The position numbers and the translations under genes are program-made. A DNA stretch of 64,000 bases, taken from Bacteroidia bacterium. GTDB lineage: Bacteria > Bacteroidota > Bacteroidia > NS11-12g > UBA9320. The stretch's first letter is position 1. Each line of letters opens with the position of its first letter. Shown piece after piece: positions 50,222 to 59,833 of the stretch. Below the pieces are notes generated by a model, which saw only the letters and a list, made by a program, of their open reading frames with translations, ran no database searches and had not been told where the DNA came from. Where the stretch lies: positions 448,001 through 512,000 of the forward strand of contig CBDCFW010000005.1 in NCBI GenBank assembly GCA_965216465.1, read 5' to 3'.

Positions 50222-50395
50222 AAATGTCATAGGACAAATTCTTCCGATAAAATCTGGTTACGCTACTACTTTAACTACTTATGGCATCGGAGTACGAGCA
50301 AGACGATCAACTTCGACCTACTAAACAAATGTCTAAGTTAACAAGGTGTCTTAGTCAATTTATCCTAAGATCATTACATTACTAATAAGGTTAGG
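50191..50395 (-). ncRNA. Candidate sigma-54-dependent structured small RNA (~205 nt), family not recognised
   Basis: Bracketed by a sigma-54 box and a terminator; no ORF beyond about 13 codons seen; long-range 5'/3' pairing with G-U pairs on the minus strand. Confidence 0.6.
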
Positions 50396-50405
50396 CCTAA
50401 TAGTA

Positions 50406-50422
50406 TTCAATCCGTGTGCCAA
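50406..50422 (-). promoter_or_regulatory. Sigma-54 (-24/-12) promoter
   Basis: Minus strand TTGGCACACGGATTGAA versus consensus TGGCAC-N5-TTGC; exact spacing, one mismatch at -12. Confidence 0.72.
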
Positions 50423-50436
50423 GAGAAGACATTTTT

Positions 50437-50449
50437 CAAATTGCTGATT
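50437..50449 (-). promoter_or_regulatory. IHF-type bending site
   Basis: Minus strand AATCAGCAATTTG is an exact match to WATCARNNNNTTR, lying between the sigma-54 box and the activator box. Confidence 0.6.
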
Positions 50450-50485
50450 ATCTGCAGTTTACGACAGGACCGCTTTCTCCTAACG

Positions 50486-50510
50486 TCCCAAAAAGAGAAA
50501 TTATTCCCAT
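50486..50510. promoter_or_regulatory. Candidate upstream activator sequence
   Basis: Minus strand TCTCTTTTTGGGA (50486-50498), 11/13 identical to the box at 48251; second TCCCA half-site at 50505; about 90-110 bp upstream of predicted +1. Confidence 0.5.
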
Positions 50511-50573
50511 AAGCAAGTCATTCTATCTGTCAACCAGCTCCGAGAATTTGTATTATTCTGATGTGAAATTTTA

Positions 50574-51299
50574 TTATTGACGCGGTCTGTATTTTCGGAA
50601 TCTCATTTGGATCACTCCAATCAAAGCTTCTCGAATAATACCACTCGACATCTTAGACTCACCTAATGTTCGATCGGTAAAGATTATGGGTATCTCCTTG
50701 AGCTTAAACCCAAGCCGGGTTGCCGTGTATTTCATTTCAATCTGAAACGCATACCCTTTAAACTTAATCTTGTCTAGATTGATGGTTTGTAAAACCTTGT
50801 TGGTATACCCTACAAAGCCCGCTGTTGCATCAGCGATTTTCATGCGTGTTATAAATCGCACATACGACGACGCAAAGTAACTAAGCAGAACACGCCCCAT
50901 TGGCCAGTTAACAACATTTACAACATTATTTACATAACGTGAACCAATGACCATATCGCCATTGCCTTGCTCAAGCTCAGCGTGCAAACGAACCAAGTCT
51001 GTTGGATTATGTGAAAAATCACAATCCATCTCAAAAACGTATGGGTAATTTCGCTCAAGACACCAGTGGAATCCAGCTATGTAAGCAGTTCCTAAACCTT
51101 GTTTACCGGGACGATCAAGCACATGCAACCGACCTTCGCTCTCCCCTATTTTGGCCTTTGCAAGATCTGCTGTTCCATCAGGAGAATTATCATCAACAAT
51201 AAGAATATCAAATTTTGGTTCAAGTTTCAATACCGCATCAATCATAAGAGTAATGTTCTCTTTCTCATTGTACGTCGGTATGATTACTATCGGATTAAT
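50574..51299 (-). CDS. Polyprenol monophosphomannose synthase-like GT2 glycosyltransferase
   Basis: IVIIPTYNEKENI, IVDDNSPDGT, GLGTAY, EMDCDFSH, GYAFQIEMK; frame extended to ATT 51299. Confidence 0.88.
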   Translation of the reverse strand: MNPIVIIPTYNEKENITLMIDAVLKLEPKFDILIVDDNSPDGTADLAKAKIGESEGRLHVLDRPGKQGLGTAYIAGFHWCLERNYPYVFEMDCDFSHNPTDLVRLHAELEQGNGDMVIGSRYVNNVVNVVNWPMGRVLLSYFASSYVRFITRMKIADATAGFVGYTNKVLQTINLDKIKFKGYAFQIEMKYTATRLGFKLKEIPIIFTDRTLGESKMSSGIIREALIGVIQMRFRKYRPRQ

Positions 51300-51343
51300 A
51301 TCTTATGTTTTGATTAAGAGGATATTAAACGAAAAAAAGTTGC

Positions 51344-52000
51344 TTAGCTGCTAGCTTTTTTATGATCCGCAAGAAATTGTGCAAGACCAATGTCTGTTAG
51401 TGGGTGTTTTAATAATCCTAAAATAGAATTTAACGGGCAAGTACAAACATCAGCACCAGCTTCTGCTGCACGAACAATATGCAATGGGTTTCTAATTGAA
51501 GCGGCTAGAATTTCTGTACTGAATCCTTGAGTTGCATAAATATCAGCGATTTGTGCGATTAATTCAACACCGTCCCAATTCATATCATCAACTCTTCCAA
51601 TGAACGGAGACAAATAAGTTGCTCCAGCCTTAGCTGCTAGAATTGCTTGGCCCGCTGAGAACACTAAAGTACAGTTTGTTCTAATTCCGTTGTCGGTAAA
51701 CCATCTAATTGCTTTAATACCGTCTTTGATCATTGGCACCTTAACCACAATATTCTCGTGAATGGCAGCCAATTCTTGACCTTCTTTAATCATCGATTCG
51801 AAGTCTGTAGAAATTACTTCTGCACTGATGTCACCATCAACCAACTCACAAATTGCTTTGTAATGAGCTCGGATGTTTTCTTCTCCAGTTATTCCTTCTT
51901 TAGCCATTAGAGAAGGGTTTGTTGTAACTCCGTCTAAAATTCCTAAATCTTGTGCTTCTTTAATCTGATCAAGGTTTGCGGTATCAATAAAAAATTTCAT
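51344..52000 (-). CDS. fsa: Fructose-6-phosphate aldolase / transaldolase (TalC-type)
   Basis: [38 protein letters not shown]. Confidence 0.92.
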   Translation of the reverse strand: MKFFIDTANLDQIKEAQDLGILDGVTTNPSLMAKEGITGEENIRAHYKAICELVDGDISAEVISTDFESMIKEGQELAAIHENIVVKVPMIKDGIKAIRWFTDNGIRTNCTLVFSAGQAILAAKAGATYLSPFIGRVDDMNWDGVELIAQIADIYATQGFSTEILAASIRNPLHIVRAAEAGADVCTCPLNSILGLLKHPLTDIGLAQFLADHKKASS

Positions 52001-52052
52001 GGTTTATGGTTTTGTCAAATATATTTAAAATAGAAAATGAGGCAAAAAAAAA

Positions 52053-52137
52053 GGCTGACATCGCACCGCTACAACCTCCTACCCTTGCTGCATTCCTGCC
52101 CTGGGGGAGTTCAGAGGGAGCTGGTCGTGTCAGCCGG
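52053..52137 (-). ncRNA. ffs: Signal recognition particle RNA (small bacterial 4.5S type)
   Basis: Minus strand closes with GGCTGACA/TGTCAGCC, domain IV CAGGGCAGGAATGCAGCAAG (GGAA loop), T9 after the 3' end, TATTTTTG promoter at 52140-52147. Confidence 0.92.
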
Positions 52138-52231
52138 CGCAAAAATAAGAACACTCCTCTTCTAAACAACCAAATCCTTACAATTTATTATCATTATTTT
52201 AATGGTCGAATTCATTAGATTTGACCCTGTG

Positions 52232-53866
52232 ATGAACGCCAAAGAACTAGAGTTTAACAAGAATGAAGATTTTAACAAGCTAAAGCTTAATGAATATGAA
52301 AGTTTAGCTAAAAAAATTCATAAAGGAGGAGGTGAAAAATCTGCAGCTAAGCAGAAGGCTAAAGGAAAACTTTTGGCTCGTGAACGCATCGAATATCTTA
52401 AAGATGCTGATGCCGATTTTCTGGAAATTGGAACATTTGTTGGCCACGACATGTATCCGGAGTATGGTGGATGTCCATCCGGAGGTGTTGTTGGTGGTAT
52501 AACAAAAGTTTCTGGGAGAATGTGCCTTGTCGTTGCAAACGACGCAACTGTTAAGGCAGGAGCTTGGTTTCCAATCACAGGAAAGAAAAACTTGAGGTTT
52601 CAAGAAATTGCCCTTGAAAACCATATTCCAATAATTTATTTGGTAGATAGTGCTGGCGTGTTCTTGCCTATGCAAGACGAAATTTTTCCTGACAAAGAAC
52701 ATTTTGGACGCATCTTCCGTAACAATGCTATTCTGAGCAGCAAAGGAATTCCTCAAATTGCAGCTGTAATGGGTTCTTGTGTAGCAGGAGGAGCTTACCT
52801 TCCAATCATGAGCGACGAAGCTTTAATCGTTGACAAAACTGGATCAATTTTCTTGGCTGGAAGCTATTTGGTTAAGGCCGCAATTGGTGAAGATATAGAT
52901 AATGAAACGCTAGGAGGCTCTGTTTCACAGACTGACTTATCAGGTGTTATTGACGATCGATTCCCCGATGATAAATCATGTTTAGATAGAATTAAGTTCT
53001 TAATGGATAAGATTGGCGAAAATTCTAAGTCAGGGTTTAGTCGTGTTGAAACAATAAAACCTAAAGCCAAAGAAGCTGATGTTTTCGGAATTCTTCCTGC
53101 AGAACGTTCAAAACCTTATTCTTCTTTAGAACTTATCAAATCTTTAGTCGACAATTCTGAGTTTGAACAATACAAAGAGAAATACGGTCAAACCATATTG
53201 TGTGGCTATGCGCGCATTGATGGATGGGCCGTAGGAATTGTGGCGAACAACCGCGAGCTGGTCAAGAGCAAAAAAGGTGAAATGCAATTTGGAGGAGTAA
53301 TCTACTCTGACAGTGCCGATAAAGCCGCTCGATTTATCATGAACTGCAACCAGAAAAAAATACCGTTAGTTTTCTTACAAGATGTTACTGGATTTATGGT
53401 TGGAAGCAGATCTGAACATGGTGGGATAATTAAAGACGGTGCTAAAATGGTAAATGCCATGAGCAATAGCACTGTACCTAAATTTACTGTAATAGTTGGA
53501 AATAGTTACGGAGCCGGAAATTATGCCATGTGCGGGAAGGCCTATGACCCAAGACTTATTGTCGCTTGGCCAAGTGCTAAAGTTGCTGTGATGGGTGGTG
53601 AGCAAGCAGCCAAAGTTTTGCTTCAGATTGAAAAAGCTAGTTTGGCTAAAAAAGGTGAAGAAATTACTCCAGAAAAAGAGGAAGCCTTGTTGAATAAAAT
53701 TATTGCTCGGTACGATAGCCAAACAACTCCTGAGTATGCCGCCTCACGATTGTGGGTTGACGAGATCATTAATCCTATCGATACGCGGAAATGGATCAGT
53801 ACTGGAATCGAAATGGCCAATCATGCAGATACCAAACCTTTTAATGTAGGAGTCATCCAAACGTGA
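52232..53866 (+). CDS. Acyl-CoA carboxylase beta (carboxyltransferase) subunit, methylcrotonyl-CoA carboxylase-like
   Basis: ANDATVKAG, LVDSAGVFLP.Q, GSCVAGGAY, GNSYGAGNYAMCG. Confidence 0.9.
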   Translation: MNAKELEFNKNEDFNKLKLNEYESLAKKIHKGGGEKSAAKQKAKGKLLARERIEYLKDADADFLEIGTFVGHDMYPEYGGCPSGGVVGGITKVSGRMCLVVANDATVKAGAWFPITGKKNLRFQEIALENHIPIIYLVDSAGVFLPMQDEIFPDKEHFGRIFRNNAILSSKGIPQIAAVMGSCVAGGAYLPIMSDEALIVDKTGSIFLAGSYLVKAAIGEDIDNETLGGSVSQTDLSGVIDDRFPDDKSCLDRIKFLMDKIGENSKSGFSRVETIKPKAKEADVFGILPAERSKPYSSLELIKSLVDNSEFEQYKEKYGQTILCGYARIDGWAVGIVANNRELVKSKKGEMQFGGVIYSDSADKAARFIMNCNQKKIPLVFLQDVTGFMVGSRSEHGGIIKDGAKMVNAMSNSTVPKFTVIVGNSYGAGNYAMCGKAYDPRLIVAWPSAKVAVMGGEQAAKVLLQIEKASLAKKGEEITPEKEEALLNKIIARYDSQTTPEYAASRLWVDEIINPIDTRKWISTGIEMANHADTKPFNVGVIQT

Positions 53867-55416
53867 TGCGCAAGCTCCTTTTTCTTTTTTCACTTTGTAT
53901 AGTGTCAGCTGTTTGGTCACAAGAACCAACCGACACTTTTTGGCATTTATCTAGCTACAGCAAGAGTATTAACTCCGGCATCGGATGGGAAAGAGGAATA
54001 CCCCTTGTTACAGGCAAAGAGTCTAAACCAGTTGTAATCGCGGTTATTGATGCAGGAGTTGACATCCATCATCCAGATCTAAAAGATCAGATTTGGATAA
54101 ACGAAGACGAAGTCAATAACAACGGAATTGATGATGACAACAACGGCTATGTTGACGATCGCTACGGTTGGAACTTCTTGGGTGATATGACTTATGAGAC
54201 CTTAGAAATTACGCGTGAATATGTAAGGCTTAACGCCAAATACGAACTTAACGACTCTACACAAAAGAATTCCTCCGAATATACCTACTACCAAAATCTT
54301 AAGGCAGAATATCTAGCTGAGAAAGTAGATGCTCAACGCTATTACGAGTATTTCAGTGAAATTCATGCTGGAATTGAAATATTAGAAGAGCGCTATACGA
54401 CTAAAATCACGCAAAAAATTCTAGAAAATTCAAGAAGTACAAGCAGAGCCGAAGAGCTAGCCAAATTGAATTTAATAAGAGAGTTCAAAGAAAATCCTGA
54501 GTTTACCTACAACGAGGTCAAGAATAATTTAAAAGACTACTTCGATTACTACGATTACCTTTCTAATTATGGATACAACCCTTACTTTAATGTTCGAACT
54601 AGTCTAGTTGGTGACGACCCCAACAACGCTTACGAAAAAGGTTATGGAAACAATAAATTGAATTATGGAGATAAATTTTCTAGCCACGGAACTCACGTAG
54701 CAGGAATAATTGCATCAAACGGTTCAAATGACTTCGGTGCCAAAGGTGTTTGCTCGAATTGCCTAATAATGACCTTGCGGGTTGTTCCAGAAGGAGACGA
54801 ACGAGATAAGGATGTTGCTAATGCTATTCTATATGCTGCTGACAATGGTGCTCAAATAATTAACATGAGCTTTGGTAAGAACTATGCATACAATCAAATA
54901 GCGGTTCGCGATGCCATAGTATATGCTAAGGAGAAGGGTGTTCTTTTTGTTCATGCAGCTGGAAATGAGGCTGAAGATAACGATGAGGTTTTGAGCTATC
55001 CGAATGATTTTAATGGTGAATTTGATGATGTGTGGATTGAGGTAGGGGCCTCATCTTGGACTGGCACACCAACTTACATAGCAGATTTTTCAAACTACGG
55101 CTTAGTTTCTGTGGATGTTTTTGCCCCAGGTGTTTCCATCTATTCTACAACGCCTGACAATCAATACCAAGTCATGGATGGCACGAGTATGGCGGCTCCG
55201 GTGGTGTCTGGAATTGCTGGAGTTCTGTGGAGTTATTATCCAAACTTTACCGCCGCTGAAATCAAAACGATAATTATTGATAGTTCAATAAAGATTAGAA
55301 GACGCCAACAAATTCCAGGCAAGTTCTTTAAGGCACGAGCTTGTAGAATATCAAAAACGGGATCTATTGTGAACCTTTTTGAGGCTCTAAAACTTGCTGA
55401 ATCTCGAAGTCAATAA
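53866..55416 (+). CDS. Secreted S8 (subtilisin-like) serine peptidase
   Basis: VAVIDAG-type Asp motif, HGTHVAG, GTSMAAP catalytic triad; signal peptide. Confidence 0.93.
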   Translation: MRKLLFLFSLCIVSAVWSQEPTDTFWHLSSYSKSINSGIGWERGIPLVTGKESKPVVIAVIDAGVDIHHPDLKDQIWINEDEVNNNGIDDDNNGYVDDRYGWNFLGDMTYETLEITREYVRLNAKYELNDSTQKNSSEYTYYQNLKAEYLAEKVDAQRYYEYFSEIHAGIEILEERYTTKITQKILENSRSTSRAEELAKLNLIREFKENPEFTYNEVKNNLKDYFDYYDYLSNYGYNPYFNVRTSLVGDDPNNAYEKGYGNNKLNYGDKFSSHGTHVAGIIASNGSNDFGAKGVCSNCLIMTLRVVPEGDERDKDVANAILYAADNGAQIINMSFGKNYAYNQIAVRDAIVYAKEKGVLFVHAAGNEAEDNDEVLSYPNDFNGEFDDVWIEVGASSWTGTPTYIADFSNYGLVSVDVFAPGVSIYSTTPDNQYQVMDGTSMAAPVVSGIAGVLWSYYPNFTAAEIKTIIIDSSIKIRRRQQIPGKFFKARACRISKTGSIVNLFEALKLAESRSQ

Positions 55417-56072
55417 TTCAGCGGAACGGTGGGTCGAGGCTTAAATAGATAATAGCAAATTCCTACGGTCAAACTTGGACTAACATTGCTTTGTTTCGGC
55501 AAATTGCTGGTATCAAGAAGCGTAAGTGGTTCCTGCTCATACTTTTTACCATCAACAACATCCAAAGCTACTTCTTCATAGGGATATACATTTATTACTC
55601 CGATAATAGAGAGCTTGTCAATATTGTAACCATAGCCTAAACCTCCAGCAACACGTTGGTTGAAAATACCAATAGCTTGATTGGGATTTCCTGAGATATC
55701 GCCCAGAGGAATGTTTATCAAAATAGAATGTTTATCTGAAACTTTGTATCCGAGTAAAGCACTAAGCATACCACTAACTCCTCTGGTTTTGCCATAAGTA
55801 CCTAGTGTACTGTCACCTTGAACATAATATCTTGGGGCAGCATTGGTGAAATAATTGAACCCAAAACTCAATCCAAATTGTAAGTTATTTACAAAAGCAC
55901 CTTCATTTTTTTGAGTAGAAGATTCCAAATCATCAAGGCGCTGTTCTATTTCAGCTAGAACATTACTTATATCACTTCCTGATGAGGCATCTAAAAATAA
56001 AGAATCTTGACCTATAGCCTGAACAAACATCAAGATAGATACTATACACATATATATTCGGTACGAATACAA
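55410..56072 (-). CDS. Hypothetical exported protein (short coiled coil plus beta-rich domain)
   Basis: 220-aa ORF; true start may be ATG 56051. Confidence 0.65.
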   Translation of the reverse strand: MYSYRIYMCIVSILMFVQAIGQDSLFLDASSGSDISNVLAEIEQRLDDLESSTQKNEGAFVNNLQFGLSFGFNYFTNAAPRYYVQGDSTLGTYGKTRGVSGMLSALLGYKVSDKHSILINIPLGDISGNPNQAIGIFNQRVAGGLGYGYNIDKLSIIGVINVYPYEEVALDVVDGKKYEQEPLTLLDTSNLPKQSNVSPSLTVGICYYLFKPRPTVPLNY

Positions 56073-56102
56073 TTTTCTTCAGCTTTGGTTTACTTTGTGG
56101 GT

Positions 56103-57746
56103 ATGAAAGAATTGAGTTCTCGCGTAGTCAGAGGGTTTATGTATAACGCTGTTCTACTTGTTTTTATTTTAACTGGGTGTAGCACAGAAAAGACTGAGGT
56201 TGATATGATTGTTTCTGCTTATAAAATTTATACCAGCGACAGCTCATTCTCAGTTGCTGAATGCATGGCTATTCGAGATGGAAAAATTGTAGCTGTTGGC
56301 AGCACCAAAGACATCCACAAAAAATTTCACTCGGCAAAAGATGAAACGATAAACGGAATTATCTATCCAGGATTTATAGATGCTCATTCTCACTTTTTTA
56401 ATTATGGTTATATGTTAAACAAGGTTGATTTACGGAACACGTTTAGCATGGAAGAAGTAGTGAACAAGGTTGTACAATATGCTCAATCATCGAATGAAGC
56501 TTGGATTGTAGGTCGAGGTTGGGATCAGACAGAATGGACCATGAAGAGCAACCCTAACAACGTAATGCTATCAGCTTACTTCCCTGATCGACCTGTGGTA
56601 CTCAGTAGAGTTGACGGGCACGCAATAATTGCGAATGACAAGGCTTTGGAACTGGCAGGTATAACTCCAGACACCAAAATTGAAGGAGGTGAAATTGAAG
56701 TTATTGGAGGAAGGCTTACTGGACTCTTAACAGACAACGCTTGCGAACCCGTTTTTAATCAGATTCCTCCGGCATCTAAAGAATCAACCATTAAAGCACT
56801 ATTATCCGCCCAAGAGAATTGTTTCAAAGCAGGCCTCACTACTGTAACCGATGCGGGATTAGATTTAGAGTCTATTCTGCTCATTGACAGTCTTCAAGAA
56901 ACAGGAGATTTAAAGATTCGCGTATATGCGATGGCCAACCCTACGGCAGAAAATTTCAACTATTTTTCAGAGAAGGGTATTATTTCTAAAGACCGCTTAC
57001 AAGTTTCGTCGTTCAAACTTTACGCCGATGGGGCTCTAGGTTCAAGAGGAGCGAAACTCAAAGAGTCGTATTGCGATCATGAAAACTATACCGGTGTTTG
57101 GGTAACTTCACCCAAAACGATTGATTCTATTTGCAATGTATTAAACAGTATTGGATTTCAAGTAAATACGCATTGCATTGGCGACAGTGCAAATCATATC
57201 ACGCTTCAGACATATAGTAAGTACCTGCAAGGCAAGAATGATAAAAGATGGAGAATTGAACACGCTCAAGTCGTATCTCCTCAAGACCGTTTTCTATTTG
57301 AAGAGAACAGCATTCTACCTTCAGTTCAACCCACGCATGCTACCAGCGATATGAATTGGGCTAGGGAACGACTATGCGAAGTGCGTATGGATGGAGCTTA
57401 CGCCTACAAAAGCCTTTATAATTTAAACAAGCGAATTCCTTTAGGTACCGACTTCCCTGTAGAAGACATCTCGCCTCTTGAAACTTTTTTTGCCGCAGTA
57501 TATCGTCAAGATAAGAATCATAAACCGATTGGAGGCTTTCTTCCAGACGAAGCATTAACTCCTCAACAAGCTATTTTGGGCATGACCATTTGGGCTGCAC
57601 ATGCAAGTTTTATGGAAGAGGAAATAGGAAGCTTGGAAGTAGGGAAACGAGCAGATTTCGTGGTGCTCAACACCGACATTTACTTAGAAAAGTACATGCT
57701 CAACACTTTGGTTAAAGCAACCTATATTGATGGGGTAAAGCAATAA
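56103..57746 (+). CDS. Amidohydrolase (YtcJ-like), probable lipoprotein
   Basis: PGFIDAHSH, KLYADGALGSRGA, HCIGD, RIEHAQ, GTDFPVE; lipobox LTGC. Confidence 0.9.
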   Translation: MKELSSRVVRGFMYNAVLLVFILTGCSTEKTEVDMIVSAYKIYTSDSSFSVAECMAIRDGKIVAVGSTKDIHKKFHSAKDETINGIIYPGFIDAHSHFFNYGYMLNKVDLRNTFSMEEVVNKVVQYAQSSNEAWIVGRGWDQTEWTMKSNPNNVMLSAYFPDRPVVLSRVDGHAIIANDKALELAGITPDTKIEGGEIEVIGGRLTGLLTDNACEPVFNQIPPASKESTIKALLSAQENCFKAGLTTVTDAGLDLESILLIDSLQETGDLKIRVYAMANPTAENFNYFSEKGIISKDRLQVSSFKLYADGALGSRGAKLKESYCDHENYTGVWVTSPKTIDSICNVLNSIGFQVNTHCIGDSANHITLQTYSKYLQGKNDKRWRIEHAQVVSPQDRFLFEENSILPSVQPTHATSDMNWARERLCEVRMDGAYAYKSLYNLNKRIPLGTDFPVEDISPLETFFAAVYRQDKNHKPIGGFLPDEALTPQQAILGMTIWAAHASFMEEEIGSLEVGKRADFVVLNTDIYLEKYMLNTLVKATYIDGVKQ

Positions 57747-57757
57747 CGGCTTTTGAC

Positions 57758-59044
57758 CTAGCGGTCAGCCATTGCAACAAATTCACGTTGTGCGTATCCT
57801 GTATAGATCTGACGAGGACGACCAATTGGGTGCTTATCTTCCATCATTTCTTTCCATTGCGAAATCCAACCTGGAAGTCTACCCAAAGCAAACAGTACAG
57901 TAAACATTTCTACTGGGAATCCCATTGCTCGGTAAATAATTCCAGAATAGAAATCAACGTTAGGGAACAGTTTTCTTTCAATGAAGTAAGGATCGCTTAA
58001 AGCAGCTTCTTCCAATTTCTTAGCAATTTCTAAGGTTGGGTCATTGATGTTCAACTTAGCAAGAACTTCATCTGCTGATTTTTTAATGATACGTGCTCTA
58101 GGATCAAAGTTCTTATATACTCTATGACCGAATCCCATTAAACGGAATGGGTCATTTTTATCCTTTGCTTTGTCGATGTATTTCTGTGCATTTCCTCCGT
58201 CTGCCTTAATTGCTTCAAGCATTTCAATTACTTTCTGGTTTGCACCTCCGTGTAAAGGACCCCAAAGAGCAGAAATACCAGCTGAAATTGAAGCATATAA
58301 GTTAGCGTGAGAAGAACCAACCATTCTTACAGTAGCAGCTGAGCAGTTTTGCTCGTGGTCTGCGTGTAAGATTAGCAGTTTGTTCATCGCACGAACAAGA
58401 ACAGGATCAAGGTCGTAATCTTCAGTAACATTCTTGAAGGTCATGTTCAGATAATTCTCAACATACGACAAGCTGTTTTGAGGATAGATTAATGGATGGC
58501 CTAAACGCTTCTTAGAAATCATAGCACAAATGGTTGGCATTTTTGCAAGTAATCTCTTGATAGTTCTCATTTTTTCTTCTTCAGAGCTGTTTGGATTCAA
58601 ACTTTCAGGATAGAAAGAAGAAAGCGAAGAAATCATTGCGATTAACTGTCCCATAGGATGAGAACCAGTAGGCCATGCTTTAAATATGTTCTCAATATCT
58701 CCATTTACCAAGGTGTGGTGACGTATGTCATTGTCCCACTCATTATATTGCTCTTGGGTAGGAAGCTCTCCATGAATTAACAAGTAAGCAACCTCTAAGA
58801 AATCGGCCTTATCTGCTAACTCTTCGATAGAGTATCCTCTGTGTCTCAGAATTCCTTGTTCACCGTCAAGGTAGGTAATGCTACTTGTGGTGCTTCCTGT
58901 ATTCTTGTATCCAAAATCAAGCGTAACGGCTCCAGTAGTTCCTCTTAACTTACTAATATCAACACCAATTTCGTTTTCGGTTCCAACAATAACGGGTAAT
59001 TCTGTTTCTTTTCCTTGAATGTTAATTTTAGCTGTTTTTGACAT
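57758..59044 (-). CDS. gltA: Citrate synthase
   Basis: LHADHEQNCS, GPLHGGAN, MGFGHRVYK, PNVDFYSG. Confidence 0.97.
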   Translation of the reverse strand: MSKTAKINIQGKETELPVIVGTENEIGVDISKLRGTTGAVTLDFGYKNTGSTTSSITYLDGEQGILRHRGYSIEELADKADFLEVAYLLIHGELPTQEQYNEWDNDIRHHTLVNGDIENIFKAWPTGSHPMGQLIAMISSLSSFYPESLNPNSSEEEKMRTIKRLLAKMPTICAMISKKRLGHPLIYPQNSLSYVENYLNMTFKNVTEDYDLDPVLVRAMNKLLILHADHEQNCSAATVRMVGSSHANLYASISAGISALWGPLHGGANQKVIEMLEAIKADGGNAQKYIDKAKDKNDPFRLMGFGHRVYKNFDPRARIIKKSADEVLAKLNINDPTLEIAKKLEEAALSDPYFIERKLFPNVDFYSGIIYRAMGFPVEMFTVLFALGRLPGWISQWKEMMEDKHPIGRPRQIYTGYAQREFVAMADR

Positions 59045-59166
59045 TGAGTTAATCTTGATTTTGAGTGGTGCAAAAGTACTTTTTTAAAATGTGATTTAAA
59101 AGTGTAACAACCAAATAAATCGTATGTTTTTAGAATAGGTTAGATTTGTTAAATAATCGAGGTAAA

Positions 59167-59829
59167 ATGTCAGAAGATATAGTGCAAATAATCGGCGGTT
59201 TAAATAACAAAGCAGCCTTAAAACAACACATATACAGAAATACGCTTACGGTCTTTAAAGAGCTAAGGCGTTGTGCCCAACAAATTGCTGAACAGTTGGC
59301 ACCAGAAGTTGTAAAAAAAGATAAGAATGTTGAAGTTGAATTGAAGGAAGTTAGTGACTTCGAATTTCACTTAAAATTTAGTGGTGACACCATTGCGTTT
59401 ATTATGCATACCAACATTTTTACCTTCCCGCCACCTCATGAGGTGAATAAAAAGAAGTATGTTCAAGAAGCCCCTCAACGTGGATATTTCGGAATGATTC
59501 AAGCTTATAACTTTTTATCAGACTCCATAAAATACCATCGACTAGCTGATGTTGGATATTTACTCGCTAGATTGTTCATTAACTCAGAAGGTCACTTCTA
59601 TGTTGATGGCCAAAGACAACTTGATTTCTTATACAAAGACGTTGACAAAAATGTTGTTAATGAAGAGGTTATAATTAAAATAATTGAGCAAACTATGCTT
59701 TACGCATTGGATTTTGATCTCTACGTTCCTCCAGTAAATGCTATGGCTGAAATAACGTTAGAGCAAAAGAATTACTTTAATAATCCATCAGGACTTGCAA
59801 CAGGTAAACGTCTTGGATTTTCAAAATAA
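59167..59829 (+). CDS. Hypothetical protein
   Basis: Long ORF divergent from gltA; YNFLSDS, GYLLARLFIN..HFYVDG; function not recognised. Confidence 0.75.
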   Translation: MSEDIVQIIGGLNNKAALKQHIYRNTLTVFKELRRCAQQIAEQLAPEVVKKDKNVEVELKEVSDFEFHLKFSGDTIAFIMHTNIFTFPPPHEVNKKKYVQEAPQRGYFGMIQAYNFLSDSIKYHRLADVGYLLARLFINSEGHFYVDGQRQLDFLYKDVDKNVVNEEVIIKIIEQTMLYALDFDLYVPPVNAMAEITLEQKNYFNNPSGLATGKRLGFSK

Positions 59830-59833
59830 ACAA

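Noticed and set aside
50190-50380. Small peptide gene in the atpC-GT2 gap
   Set aside because: Minus-strand ATG frames are 1-4 codons or run through the terminator (13 codons); nothing supports coding.
51984-52218. ORFs 51984-52169 (-) and 52006-52218 (+)
   Set aside because: Both overlap the SRP RNA gene; GC-rich RNA sequence gives spurious open frames.
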